DNA of 64,000 bases from Pseudomonadota bacterium (GCA_027624175.1 JAQBXT010000005.1:13429-77428); one strand, 5' to 3'; positions 29,372 through 40,138 are shown, counted from the first letter of the stretch. Notes: generated by a model not told the origin, from the letters alone. Numbers and translations: made by a program.

Positions 29372-30384
29372 AACAGCTGCTTGCCAACCCACCAGGCGAT
29401 GCCGGCGACGAAGGCGGAGCAGGGAATCGTCAGCACCCATGCCCAGACGATGTTGCCGGCCACGCCCCAGCGCACCGCGGAAGTCGACTGCGCCGAGCCG
29501 GCGCCCACGATCGCCCCGGTGATGGTATGCGTGGTCGACACGGGAATGCCGAAGCCCGTGGCGACGAACAGCATCACCGCGCCGCCCGTCTCGGCGCAAA
29601 AGCCGCCCACCGGCTTGAGTTTGGTGATGCGCTGCCCCATGGTCTTGACGATGCGCCAGCCGCCAAAGGCGGTGCCGAGCGCGATGGTCACATAGCAGGC
29701 CACCACCACCCACATCGGTACCGGGTCCTGGGTGCCCAGATAGCCGGCGGCGATCAGCAGCATCCAGATGATGCCGATGGTTTTCTGCGCATCGTTGCCG
29801 CCGTGGCCCAGGCTGTAGAGCGATGCCGACACGAGCTGCATGCGCCGGAACCAGCGGTCCACGCGCGAAGGCGTCGCGCGCACGAACAGCCAGCTCACCG
29901 CCAGCATCAGCAGCGCGCCCAATACCATGCCCATCAGCGGCGCGATTAGGATGAAAGCGCAGACCTTGAGGATGCCGGCGGGAACCAGCGCCCAGGTCCC
30001 GGCCTTGGCCACCGCGGCCCCCACCAGCCCGCCGATCAGCGCGTGCGACGAGGAAGACGGCAGGCCGTAAACCCAGGTGACAAGGTTCCAGACGATGGCG
30101 CCCACCAGCGCCCCGAACACCAGGTGGTGGTCGACGACGCCCTGGTCGACGATGCCGCGGCCGATGGTGGTCGCCACCTTGAGCTGGAACACGAACAGCG
30201 CGGCGAAATTGAAGAACGCCGCCATCAGCACCGCCTGGTAGGGCTTGAGCACCCGCGTCGAGACCACCGTGGCGATGGAGTTGGCGGCGTCGTGGAAGCC
30301 ATTCATGAAATCGAAGGCGAGCGCGACCAGCACCAGCGCGATCACCACGCCCAGCCCGATCTGGCCCGTCGCGCCGACATCCAT
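29368..30384 (-). CDS. Inorganic phosphate transporter, PiT family
   Basis: 338 aa; FDFMNGFHDAANSIATVVSTR and GHGGNDAQKTIG signature repeats. Confidence 0.92.
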   Translation of the reverse strand: MDVGATGQIGLGVVIALVLVALAFDFMNGFHDAANSIATVVSTRVLKPYQAVLMAAFFNFAALFVFQLKVATTIGRGIVDQGVVDHHLVFGALVGAIVWNLVTWVYGLPSSSSHALIGGLVGAAVAKAGTWALVPAGILKVCAFILIAPLMGMVLGALLMLAVSWLFVRATPSRVDRWFRRMQLVSASLYSLGHGGNDAQKTIGIIWMLLIAAGYLGTQDPVPMWVVVACYVTIALGTAFGGWRIVKTMGQRITKLKPVGGFCAETGGAVMLFVATGFGIPVSTTHTITGAIVGAGSAQSTSAVRWGVAGNIVWAWVLTIPCSAFVAGIAWWVGKQLF

Positions 30385-31010
30385 CAGGAGTTTTCCAGCA
30401 CGATGCCTTCGACGACGTTGGCGACGTCTTCGCAGCGGTCGGTGATGGTCTCCAGCAGGTCGTAGATCACGCGCATCTTCATCACCTGCCTGAGGTCGTT
30501 CTCCTCGCGGAACAGCTTGGAGAGCGCGGCGCGCATCACGCGGTCGGCGTCCGACTCAAGGCGGTCGATTTCCTCGCAGAGTCTGAGGATCGCCTCCGAA
30601 CGCTTCACGTTGGTGAGCAAGCCGACGACGGTCTTCACGCGCTCGCAGCACATCTGGCAGATTTCGGCGAGCTGCTTGGCCTCCGGTGTGACGCTGCGCA
30701 GGTCGTAGAGCGCGACCGACTCGGCCACGTCCTGGATCAGGTCCAGGATGTCGTCCATGGTGGTGATCAGCTGGTGGATCTGGTCGCGGTCAAACGGCGT
30801 AATGAAGGTCTTGTGCAGCAGGGTGATGCAATCGTGCGTCACCTTGTCCGCTGCCCGCTCGGCGGCGTCGATGCGCTGTGCGTGCGCGTCGAGCTCGCTG
30901 AAGCCGCCGATCATGGTCGCCAGTTCGCGGCTGCCCTCGACGATGTACTCGGCATGCGCGTTGAACAGTTTGAAAAAATTTCCCTCGCGGGGCATCAGGC
31001 GTCCGAGCAT
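30384..31010 (-). CDS. DUF47 / PhoU-like accessory protein of PiT transporters
   Basis: 208 aa all-helical protein; MLGRLMPREGNFFKLFNAHAE...ERAADKVTHD...ESDADRV; coupled to the pit start. Confidence 0.85.
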   Translation of the reverse strand: MLGRLMPREGNFFKLFNAHAEYIVEGSRELATMIGGFSELDAHAQRIDAAERAADKVTHDCITLLHKTFITPFDRDQIHQLITTMDDILDLIQDVAESVALYDLRSVTPEAKQLAEICQMCCERVKTVVGLLTNVKRSEAILRLCEEIDRLESDADRVMRAALSKLFREENDLRQVMKMRVIYDLLETITDRCEDVANVVEGIVLENS

Positions 31011-31019
31011 GTGTGCTCC

Positions 31020-32162
31020 CTAGTCGGTGTATCCGAGGCCGGCATTCCGCAATTTTAGGAGATCGGCGGCGCCGAAACCCCATTGCGCGAGCGCGGCGCG
31101 GCCGCCGGCGCCGCGCTCAGGCGGTTCGCGCGGCACTGCGGTCGGTGTCGCCGAAAAACGCGGAGCCGGGGATGGCTGCTCGACACGCGCCACGTTGACG
31201 AAGTTCCCGCGCGCTTCGTTATGCGGATGCCGTTTCGCCTCCGAGAACGTCAGCACCGGCGCGAAGCAGGCGTCCGAGCCCTCGAACACCGCGCACCACG
31301 CGTCGCGCGTCTTCGACTTGAACGCGTGTGCGAATGCCTCGCGCATCTCCGGCCAGCGCGCGCGCTCGTTCTGTGGCGGCAGGCCGCTCAGCTGCAGGCG
31401 CTGCACCAGTTCCTCGAAGAACTTGGCTTCGATGGCGCCGATGGCCACGTACTTTCCGTCGCTGGTCTCGTAACAGTCGTACCAGGGTGCGCCGGTGTCG
31501 AGGACATTCGCGCCACGCTCCTCGCTCCAGCGATTCGCGGCGAGGAAGCCGGAAAACATCGCGGCCAGGAGCGACGCGCCCTCGACCATGGCGGCGTCCA
31601 CGACCTGGCCCTGGCCGGTGCGTTGCGCATGCAGCAGACCGCAGGCGATGCCAAAGCCGAGCAGCATGCCGCCGCCGCCGAAGTCGCCGACCAGATTGAG
31701 CGGCGGCACCGGCGCCTGCCCCTTCCTGCCGAAGGCGTGCAGCACGCCGGCGAGCGCAATGTAGTTGATGTCGTGCCCCGCGCGCGGCGCGAGCGGCCCG
31801 TCCTGTCCCCAGCCGGTCATGCGGCCGTAGACCAGTTTTGGATTGCGCTTGAGGCAGGCGTCCGGCCCGAGCCCGAGCCGCTCCATGACACCGGGGCGAA
31901 AACCCTCGATGAGCGCATCGGCGCGCGATACCAGGTCGAGCGCCGCGCCGGCCGCGCCCGGCGCCTTCAGGTCGAGCGTCACCGAGCGTCGGCCGCGCAG
32001 CATCACGTCCATCCAGCGTTCCCGCTTGAGGCCGAGGTCGCTGCCGCCGGGACGGTCCACCAGCAGCACGTCCGCGCCCATGTCGGCGAGCAGCATGCCG
32101 GCGAACGGCCCGGGGCCGATGGCTTCGAACTCCAGTATCTTGATGCCGGCGAGCGGGCCCAT
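31020..32162 (-). CDS. Family III CoA-transferase (CaiB/BaiF; alpha-methylacyl-CoA racemase-like)
   Basis: MGPLAGIKILEFEAIGPGPFAGMLLADMGADVLLVDRP...GHDINYIALAG. Confidence 0.88.
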   Translation of the reverse strand: MGPLAGIKILEFEAIGPGPFAGMLLADMGADVLLVDRPGGSDLGLKRERWMDVMLRGRRSVTLDLKAPGAAGAALDLVSRADALIEGFRPGVMERLGLGPDACLKRNPKLVYGRMTGWGQDGPLAPRAGHDINYIALAGVLHAFGRKGQAPVPPLNLVGDFGGGGMLLGFGIACGLLHAQRTGQGQVVDAAMVEGASLLAAMFSGFLAANRWSEERGANVLDTGAPWYDCYETSDGKYVAIGAIEAKFFEELVQRLQLSGLPPQNERARWPEMREAFAHAFKSKTRDAWCAVFEGSDACFAPVLTFSEAKRHPHNEARGNFVNVARVEQPSPAPRFSATPTAVPREPPERGAGGRAALAQWGFGAADLLKLRNAGLGYTD

Positions 32163-32199
32163 GGTCGATTCCTGCGCTGCAACCCGCGCATGCTACGCG

Positions 32200-33033
32200 T
32201 CAGGGCTGGTGCATGCCCAGCGCGGCCTCGATATTGCGCACCATCGCCACCAGGCGCGGGCCCAGGTCTTCCTCCAACTGGCCTTTTTTCAGCACAAAAG
32301 CAGGCACGGCGCAGTTGAATGCCATCACTTCGCCGTCCACCGTGCGCTGCATCGGCACGCCGACGGCGTATACCTCGCGCCGTATTTCGCCGAGCGAAAC
32401 GCAGAAGCCGCGGCTGCGGATCTCGTCCATCGCCTTGTCGATCTGCGGCCGATTCTTGCGGTGCATCTCGGGTTCCTTGACCTTCATCTGGTTGAGCAGC
32501 GCCTCGCGCTCGGGTGGCGTGCAGGAGGCGACGAAGGCGCGGCCGATCACCGACTGGGCGATGGGCACCGCGGTGCCGATATCGGGCAGCGTGGCGATGC
32601 CGTTGCCGCTGCGGCAGGACTCGACGTACACCATGCTCAGGCGGTCGCGCATGCCCATCGAGACCGAGCCGCTGCAGTAGTCGGCCAGTTCCTTCATCAC
32701 CGGGCGCGCGATCTGGCGCACACTCATCGAAGCGAGCAGCGGATAGCCGATCGACAGCACCGCCGAGCCGAGTTGGTACTTGCCCAGGCGCATGTTGTGG
32801 CGCAGGTAGCCGAGCCTGGTCAGCGTGTAGGTGAGGCGCGAGACCGTCGGCTTGGGCAGCCCGGTGCGCACCGAGATCTCCTTGTTGCCCAGCATCGGCT
32901 CGAGTGGCGTGAAGCAGCGCAGCACTTCGAGGCCGCGCGCGAGCGTCGTGGCAAACTGGCGGTCGCCTTCGTGTTCGTAGCTGAACGGGGGCACGGCCGG
33001 GGAAAGCGGTGCGTTGGACTCGGGCGCGCCCAT
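32200..33033 (-). CDS. IclR family transcriptional regulator
   Basis: LARGLEVLRCF...NKEISVRTGLPKPTVSRLTYTLTRLGYL HTH, followed by an IclR effector domain. Divergent from the SDR/lyase/hydratase operon. Confidence 0.9.
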   Translation of the reverse strand: MGAPESNAPLSPAVPPFSYEHEGDRQFATTLARGLEVLRCFTPLEPMLGNKEISVRTGLPKPTVSRLTYTLTRLGYLRHNMRLGKYQLGSAVLSIGYPLLASMSVRQIARPVMKELADYCSGSVSMGMRDRLSMVYVESCRSGNGIATLPDIGTAVPIAQSVIGRAFVASCTPPEREALLNQMKVKEPEMHRKNRPQIDKAMDEIRSRGFCVSLGEIRREVYAVGVPMQRTVDGEVMAFNCAVPAFVLKKGQLEEDLGPRLVAMVRNIEAALGMHQP

Positions 33034-33166
33034 GGCGTCTCCTCTGGTTGTAGTCGCTGCGGCAGGGGATGCTGAAGAATGTTTCTCGTTTCGATATTCG
33101 GTCCACGGGCAATCCCTGTCAACTTAGTCGTACTAGATTTCACATAGAGAAACTACGAGAGGAATC

Positions 33167-33946
33167 ATGGCCCTCAAGGCGTCCGAATCCCCCTTCGACC
33201 TGAGCGGTAAGGTTGCCCTGGTCACGGGGTCTACGCGCGGCATCGGCAAGTCGATCGCCGAGGAAATGGCGCGGGCTGGCGCCAAGGTGGTGGTCTCCAG
33301 CCGCAAGGCCGAGGCCTGCGAGCAGGTGCGCGCCGAGTTCGAGCAGCGGGGCTATGAAGTGCTGGCGCAGCCCTGCAACGTGTCGAGGAAGGAGGAGCTG
33401 CAGGCGCTGGTGGACGCGACAGTGAAGCGTTGGGGCCGTATCGATATCGCCGTTTCAAACGCCGCGTCGAATCCCTACTACGGGCCGTTGACCGCGATCC
33501 CGGATGACGCTTTCGACAAGATATTCAACAATAACGTGAAGAGCGTGCTGTGGCTTGCGGCGATGACGCTGCCCGGCATGGCCGAGCGCGGGGGCGGCAG
33601 CTACATCAGCGTAGGGTCGATCGGCGGCATCATCGCCAACACGGTGATCGGCGCCTACGGCATGTCCAAGGCCGCCGACCACATGCTGGTGAAGAACCTG
33701 GCCGCCGAGTGGGGCCCGAAAAACGTGCGCGTCAACGCCATCGCGCCGGGCCTGATCAAGACCGACTTCGCCAAGGTCCTGTGGGAGGACCCCCAGCGGC
33801 GCAAGGAGCGGGAGGCCGCGACCCCGCTGCGGCGCCTAGGCGAGCCGAAGGACATCGGCGGCATCGCCGCGTTTCTCGCCTCCGACGCGGCTGCTTTCAT
33901 CACCGGGCAGTGCATTGTGGCCGACGGCGGAGTTACGATCCTCTGA
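33167..33946 (+). CDS. Short-chain dehydrogenase/reductase (SDR)
   Basis: GKVALVTGSTRGIGKSIA, NAA, and YGMSKAA (YxxxK). Confidence 0.88.
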   Translation: MALKASESPFDLSGKVALVTGSTRGIGKSIAEEMARAGAKVVVSSRKAEACEQVRAEFEQRGYEVLAQPCNVSRKEELQALVDATVKRWGRIDIAVSNAASNPYYGPLTAIPDDAFDKIFNNNVKSVLWLAAMTLPGMAERGGGSYISVGSIGGIIANTVIGAYGMSKAADHMLVKNLAAEWGPKNVRVNAIAPGLIKTDFAKVLWEDPQRRKEREAATPLRRLGEPKDIGGIAAFLASDAAAFITGQCIVADGGVTIL

Positions 33947-33975
33947 AATGCTCGGGCACCAAAGGGAGAATGGCC

Positions 33976-34848
33976 ATGCCGCAGATGCTCCGCTCCGCGC
34001 TCGCCGCCGGCGATTTCATCGTCGCGCCGGGCGTGTTCGAGATGTTTTCCGCGAAGATCGCCGACCGCATGGGCTTCAAGGCCCTTTACATGACCGGCTA
34101 CGGCATCTCAGCCTCGCACCTCGGCTTGGCGGATGCCGGCCTGGTCACCTATCGCGACATGGTCGAGCGCGCGCGCACTATCGCCCAGGGGACCGCCACG
34201 CCCCTGATCGCGGACGCGGACACCGGCTTCGGCGGACTGGTCAACGTGCGCGAGACGGTGCGCGGCTACGAGGCCGCCGGCGTGCAGGCAATCCAGATCG
34301 AAGATCAGGAGATGCCGAAAAAGTGCGGTCACACGCCCAATCGCCGCGTGGTGCCACTCGCCGACGCGGTGAAGCGCATCGAAGTCGCGGTGGAAGCGCG
34401 CCGCAGCAGCGATTTCCTCATCGTGGCGCGCACTGATGCGCGCACCGCGCTCGGTGTCGACGAGGCGATCCGGCGCGCCCGCGCGTTCGCGAAAGCCGGC
34501 GCCGACATCCTGTTTGTCGAGGCGCCGGAGTCCGAGGCCGAGTTCGCGCGCATCGGCAACGAGCTTGGCGGCGAGGCCAAGCTGCTTGCCAACATGGTGC
34601 CGACCGGCAGATCGCCGATGCTGCCGGCGGAAAAGCTCAAGGGCTTCGGTTTCCACATTGCCATCTACCCCGGCGCAGGCATGGGCGCGGCCTGCGCCGC
34701 ACTGGAGTCCGCCTACGCCTATCTCAGAAAGAACGGATCGCTCGAGGGTTGCCCGGTGCCGTCCTTCGACATGCAGCGGCTGCACGATTTGGTCGGCTTT
34801 GCCGACATCTGGGAATTCGAGCGGCGCCACGTGGACCCGCAGGGCTGA
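33976..34848 (+). CDS. Isocitrate lyase/PEP mutase family enzyme (methylisocitrate/dimethylmalate lyase-like)
   Basis: MPQMLRSALAAGDFIVAPGVFE...YMTGYGISAS...PLIADADTGFGG...IQIEDQEMPKKCGH. The start is ATG 33976 (GGGAG 7 nt upstream); the alternative ATG at 33970 is too close to the SD. The track ORF start at 33550 overlaps the SDR. Confidence 0.82.
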   Translation: MPQMLRSALAAGDFIVAPGVFEMFSAKIADRMGFKALYMTGYGISASHLGLADAGLVTYRDMVERARTIAQGTATPLIADADTGFGGLVNVRETVRGYEAAGVQAIQIEDQEMPKKCGHTPNRRVVPLADAVKRIEVAVEARRSSDFLIVARTDARTALGVDEAIRRARAFAKAGADILFVEAPESEAEFARIGNELGGEAKLLANMVPTGRSPMLPAEKLKGFGFHIAIYPGAGMGAACAALESAYAYLRKNGSLEGCPVPSFDMQRLHDLVGFADIWEFERRHVDPQG

Positions 34849-34852
34849 AGCG

Positions 34853-36220
34853 ATGGCGGGCCGCACGCTGTTCGACAAGGTCTGGGATCCGCACGTCATC
34901 GAGGAGCTGGGTGACGGAGTGCAGCTGCTGCACGTCGACCGGCACCTGATGAACGAGCTCTCCGGCCACCGCGGCCAGCTCGAAATCGCGCAGCGCGGTC
35001 TGAAGATGCGAAATCCGGAGCTGGCGATGGGCACGCTCGATCACGTCGTCTCCACGGCGCCGGGCCGGCGCGGCGGCCCGGCGCCCTGGGCCGAACGGAT
35101 GATCGAAATCTTCCGCGTGGAGAGCGCTCGGGCGGGCTTTCCCGTGCACGACTTCGGCGACGACGGCCAGGGCATCGTGCACGTCGTGGGGCCGGAGCTC
35201 GGCTTTACGCTGCCGGGCGTCCTGCTCGTCTGCGGCGACAGCCACACCTGCACTCACGGCGCGCTCGGCGCGCTCGCCTGGGGTATCGGCACCAGCGAGC
35301 TCACGCACGTGCTCGCCACGCAGGCCATCGTGCAGCAAAAGCCGAAGACGATGCGCGTGCGCTTCGAGGGCACGCTGGCGCGCGGCGTCAGCGCCAAGGA
35401 CATGATCCTCGCGCTCATCGGCAGACTTGGCACGGCGGGCGGCGCGGGCTACGCCGTCGAGTACGCCGGCGAGGCGATCACTGCGCTCGATCTGGAAGGG
35501 CGGATGACCGTGTGCAACCTGTCGATCGAGCTTGGCGCCAAGATTGGCATGGTGGCGCCCGATGAAAAGACCTACGCCTACGTAAAAGGCAGGCGCTATG
35601 CGCCTAAGGGTGATCTCTGGAAGCCTGCGCTCGCGCATTGGCGGGGCCTGCCGGGCGACGCCGATGCGCGCTTTGACGCCGAGCACGCCGTCGATTGCGC
35701 CGCGCTCGCGCCGCAGATCACCTGGGGTACCAGCCCCGAGGACGTGATCGGCGTGCACGAGATGATTCCGGACGCCAAGCCGGAAGCCCTCGCCTACATG
35801 GGGTTGGAGGCCGGCCGGCCGATCGCCGGCACGAAGGTGGACCGCGTCTTCATTGGCTCCTGCACCAATGCTCGGCTGAGTGACTTGCGTGCGGCGGCCG
35901 AGGTGGTGCGCGGGCACCGGGCCGCAGCGCACGTCAATGCCTGGGTGGTGCCGGGGTCGCAGCGCGTCAAGCGCGAGGCCGAGGCCGAAGGGTTGGACGA
36001 CGCGTTCCGCGCCGCCGGCTTCGAGTGGCGCGAGCCCGGGTGCTCGATGTGCGTCGCGGCGAACGGCGACCGCGTCGAGCCGCGCGCACGCTGCGTATCG
36101 ACGTCGAACCGCAACTTCGTCGGCCGGCAGGGACCGCAGGCGCGTACGCACCTTGCGAGCCCCGCGACGGCGGCAGCCGCTGCGATTGCCGGCGAAATCG
36201 CGGACGCCAGGGCGCTCTGA
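34853..36220 (+). CDS. Aconitase-family hydro-lyase large subunit (LeuC-like)
   Basis: The ATG at 34853 gives MAGRTLFDKVWDPHVIEE...LLHVDRHLMNE. Fe-S ligand contexts VCGDSHTCTHGA, IGSCTNARLSDL and GCSMCVAANGD are present. Confidence 0.88.
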   Translation: MAGRTLFDKVWDPHVIEELGDGVQLLHVDRHLMNELSGHRGQLEIAQRGLKMRNPELAMGTLDHVVSTAPGRRGGPAPWAERMIEIFRVESARAGFPVHDFGDDGQGIVHVVGPELGFTLPGVLLVCGDSHTCTHGALGALAWGIGTSELTHVLATQAIVQQKPKTMRVRFEGTLARGVSAKDMILALIGRLGTAGGAGYAVEYAGEAITALDLEGRMTVCNLSIELGAKIGMVAPDEKTYAYVKGRRYAPKGDLWKPALAHWRGLPGDADARFDAEHAVDCAALAPQITWGTSPEDVIGVHEMIPDAKPEALAYMGLEAGRPIAGTKVDRVFIGSCTNARLSDLRAAAEVVRGHRAAAHVNAWVVPGSQRVKREAEAEGLDDAFRAAGFEWREPGCSMCVAANGDRVEPRARCVSTSNRNFVGRQGPQARTHLASPATAAAAAIAGEIADARAL

Positions 36221-36831
36221 TGGACAAGTTCGCCGTCCTCACGGCGGTCGCGGCGCCGTTCCCCCGCGATAACGTCGACACCGATTCCATCATTCGCATC
36301 GAGCGCTGCACCGGCACGCCGAAGGAGGCGCTCGGCCGGTACGCGTTCGAGATGGTGCGCTATCTGCCGGACGGCGCTGACAATCCGGACTTCGTCCTCA
36401 ACCAGCCGCGCTACCGCGGGGCGCAGATCCTCGTCTGCGGCGAATTCTTCGGCACCGGCAGCTCGCGCGAAATGGCGGTGTGGGCGCTTGCCGGCATGGG
36501 CATCCGCTGCCTCATCGCGCCCTCGTTCGGCCAGATCTTTTACGGCAACTGCTTCCAGAACGGCGTCCTGCCGATCACTTTGCCGCCGGCGACGGCCGCG
36601 GCGCTGATGCGGCAGGCGAGCGACCCCGCCGCCGGACCCTTCAGCGTCGACCTCGAGCGCCAGACGGTGAACGGCGACATCGGTTTCGAGATCGGCGCGC
36701 GACGCAGGAAGATGCTGCTCGAGGGCCTCGACGAAATCGCGCTGACGCTGGCGATGGACGCGAAGATCGCGGACTACCAGGCGGCCGACCGCGAGCGGCG
36801 GCCGTGGATCCATTTTTTCCGGAACCCCTGA
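36220..36831 (+). CDS. Aconitase-family hydro-lyase small subunit (LeuD-like)
   Basis: The ATG at 36220 overlaps the large-subunit TGA by 1 nt. MDKFAVLTAVAAPFPRDNVDTDSIIR...GEFFGTGSSREMAVWAL...SFGQIFYGNCFQNG. Confidence 0.85.
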   Translation: MDKFAVLTAVAAPFPRDNVDTDSIIRIERCTGTPKEALGRYAFEMVRYLPDGADNPDFVLNQPRYRGAQILVCGEFFGTGSSREMAVWALAGMGIRCLIAPSFGQIFYGNCFQNGVLPITLPPATAAALMRQASDPAAGPFSVDLERQTVNGDIGFEIGARRRKMLLEGLDEIALTLAMDAKIADYQAADRERRPWIHFFRNP

Positions 36832-36874
36832 CGAGGGGGTATTCTTTCGGTCTGGCAAGACGAGGAGCGGTCCC

Positions 36875-38059
<1,185 letters not shown>

Positions 38060-38061
38060 CC

Positions 38062-39159
38062 ATGAACTTCGACTATAACGAAGAGCAGCAACTGCTCGCC
38101 GACTCCGTGCGGCGCTTCATCCAGAAGGGCTACGAGTTCGAGGCGCGCAAGAAGATCGTCGCCTCGGCCGAGGGCTACAGCGAACCGGTGTGGAAGACCC
38201 TTTCCGAGATGGGGCTCACCGGCATTCCGTTCTCGCCGGATTACGGCGGTTTCGGCGGGGGCGCCATCGATTTGCTGAGCGTGATGGAGGCGTTTGGCGA
38301 GGGCTTGGTGGTGGAGCCCTTCCTCGCCACCCTGCTCGGCGCGCAGTGCGTGGCGCGCGCGGGAAGCGACGCGCAAAAGAAGGCGATCCTGCCTGCGGTG
38401 GTGGAGGGCAAGCTGAGGATGGCATTCGCGCATACGGAGAAGGGCGCTCGCTACGACCTTGGCCACGTGAATGCGACGGCGAAAAAGTCGGGCAGCGGCT
38501 GGACCCTGGACGGCGAAAAGGTGGTGGTGCTGGGCGCGCCGGCCGCGGCGAAGCTGGTGGTGTCGGCGAAGACGCCTGCGGGCGTGAGCCTGTTCCTGGT
38601 TGAGGCGAAGGCCGTGAACCAGAAGCCCTACCGCACGTTGGATGAGATGCGTGCGGCGGATGTCGTTCTATCCAGCACGCCCGGCGAGTTGCTGGGTAGC
38701 GAAGGCAAGGCGCTGGCGGTTGTCGAGGAAGTGGTGGATTTCGCTACGGCGCTGGTTTGCGCCGAGTCGGTGGGCGCGATGAAGTACGCCTGCGACAGCA
38801 CGCTGGAGTACCTCAAGACGCGCAAACAGTTCGGCGTGCCGATCGGCACTTTCCAAGCGCTGCAACACCGCATCGTCGACATGTACGTCGCCTACGAGCA
38901 GGCGAAATCGATGGCCTTCCTTGCCTGCAGCCAGTCGGACTCGGCGGCGAACGCGAAGGAGCGCGCGCGCGCCATTTCAGCGGCGAAGATCAAGATCGCG
39001 GACAACGCGCGCCTCATCAGCCAGGAGGCGATCCAGTTGCACGGCGGCATGGGGATGAGCGAGGAACTGAAGGTAAGCCACAGCTTCCGGCGCCTGACCA
39101 TGATCGCGCAGCAGTTTGGCGACGCGGACTACCACCTGGAGCGGTTCGCTAGCGCCTGA
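38062..39159 (+). CDS. Acyl-CoA dehydrogenase family protein, small subunit (PimD-like)
   Basis: 365 aa, starting 2 nt after the previous stop. MNFDYNEEQQLLADSVRRF...FQALQHRIVDM...IQLHGGMGMSEE. Confidence 0.78.
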   Translation: MNFDYNEEQQLLADSVRRFIQKGYEFEARKKIVASAEGYSEPVWKTLSEMGLTGIPFSPDYGGFGGGAIDLLSVMEAFGEGLVVEPFLATLLGAQCVARAGSDAQKKAILPAVVEGKLRMAFAHTEKGARYDLGHVNATAKKSGSGWTLDGEKVVVLGAPAAAKLVVSAKTPAGVSLFLVEAKAVNQKPYRTLDEMRAADVVLSSTPGELLGSEGKALAVVEEVVDFATALVCAESVGAMKYACDSTLEYLKTRKQFGVPIGTFQALQHRIVDMYVAYEQAKSMAFLACSQSDSAANAKERARAISAAKIKIADNARLISQEAIQLHGGMGMSEELKVSHSFRRLTMIAQQFGDADYHLERFASA

Positions 39160-39247
39160 GGGGTAGTCCAGGACCGCGGATTGCGACCTGGGTGGAGTTG
39201 ACCCGCTTTCGTGGACACTTCCCTAAGCTTGGTTTGGCGCCCCCGTC

Positions 39248-39592
39248 TCAGGCAAAGACTACGCTGAGCTTGCCTGCGGCTCGGCGCCGTGGTGCGTTTT
39301 TCACTACGATCTGAACGTCCCGGCCGAGGCTGGTCAGGCAATCGATCAATTTCCGTTCGGAGATTCCGCGGAATTGCCCGCGCAGGAGGCCGGAGAGCTT
39401 CGGCTGGGTGACGCCGAGAATCCTGGCGGCTTCTACTTGCGTCAGCTCCTGGCTGCGGATGATCTCGCTGATTTTCGCAACGAGCTGCGCTTTGACCAGC
39501 ATTTCATCGGCGTCCGGATAGCCGAGGTCGCGGTAGACGTTGCCGCTGCCTTCGTGGATTTCGGTTCCGTCAATGACTTTGCGTTTGCTCAT
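39248..39592 (-). CDS. XRE-family HTH protein, HigA2/COG5606-type antitoxin-like (114 aa), no adjacent toxin
   Basis: AAGGAG-N7-ATG at 39592. MSKRKVIDGTEIHEGSGNVYRDLGYPDADEMLVKAQLVAKISEII...LTQVEAARILGVTQPKLSGLLRGQFRGIS. Third codon positions are more A/T-rich (AAA is 6 of 8 Lys codons) than in neighbours. Confidence 0.8.
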   Translation of the reverse strand: MSKRKVIDGTEIHEGSGNVYRDLGYPDADEMLVKAQLVAKISEIIRSQELTQVEAARILGVTQPKLSGLLRGQFRGISERKLIDCLTSLGRDVQIVVKNAPRRRAAGKLSVVFA

Positions 39593-40138
39593 TTTCCAGC
39601 TCCTTGGCGCGCCGGCGCGGTACCAGCGTGCGGTCCAGTTGAGCACGCCGAAGGTGAACAGGCGCGCGAGCTGCGGGTCGCCCTGCATCAGCCCCTCGGC
39701 CTGGAGTTCGTCGGTCACCTTCTGCCACAGCGCGTCGTAGCGGTCCTTCAGCGCGATCACTCGGCGCCGGTTGGCCGGCGTGAGCGAGCGCCAGTCGTAG
39801 AGCATCACCGGGATGAAGTCGTGGCCGTCCTCGCGCAGGGTGCCCAGGTGCACGCGCACCAGCTTCCTGAACTTCGTCGCCGGCGGCAACTTGAGCGCCG
39901 CGACCGCCTCGAGGTGGCGCAGGCCGTCGGTCAGGCCCTGTTCCATGACCGCCAGCAGCATCTCCTGCTTGGTCTTGAAGTGGTAGAACGGGCTGCCCGA
40001 ATGCATGTCCGCGGCGCGCGAGATGTCGCGGATCGAGGTGCCGTCGAAGCCCTGCTCACGGAATAGCCGCGCGCACACGCGCAGCAGGTCCTCGGGGCGG
40101 TTGCCGTTCTGCGCCGGCTTCTTGCGCGCCTTCCTCAC
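39248..40138 (-). CDS. TetR/AcrR-family regulator ORF that lacks its own stop and continues in frame through the XRE gene (296 codons)
   Basis: The GTG at 40138 overlaps the DUF4387 stop (GTGA). TetR HTH LLRVCARLFREQGFDGTSIRDISRAADMHSGSPFYHFKTKQEML and ligand domain run to FGVLNWTARWYRAGAP. There is no stop before the XRE ATG at 39592. The 108 further upstream codons of track ORF ..40462 overlap DUF4387 and are rejected. Confidence 0.65.
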   Translation of the reverse strand: MRKARKKPAQNGNRPEDLLRVCARLFREQGFDGTSIRDISRAADMHSGSPFYHFKTKQEMLLAVMEQGLTDGLRHLEAVAALKLPPATKFRKLVRVHLGTLREDGHDFIPVMLYDWRSLTPANRRRVIALKDRYDALWQKVTDELQAEGLMQGDPQLARLFTFGVLNWTARWYRAGAPRSWKMSKRKVIDGTEIHEGSGNVYRDLGYPDADEMLVKAQLVAKISEIIRSQELTQVEAARILGVTQPKLSGLLRGQFRGISERKLIDCLTSLGRDVQIVVKNAPRRRAAGKLSVVFA

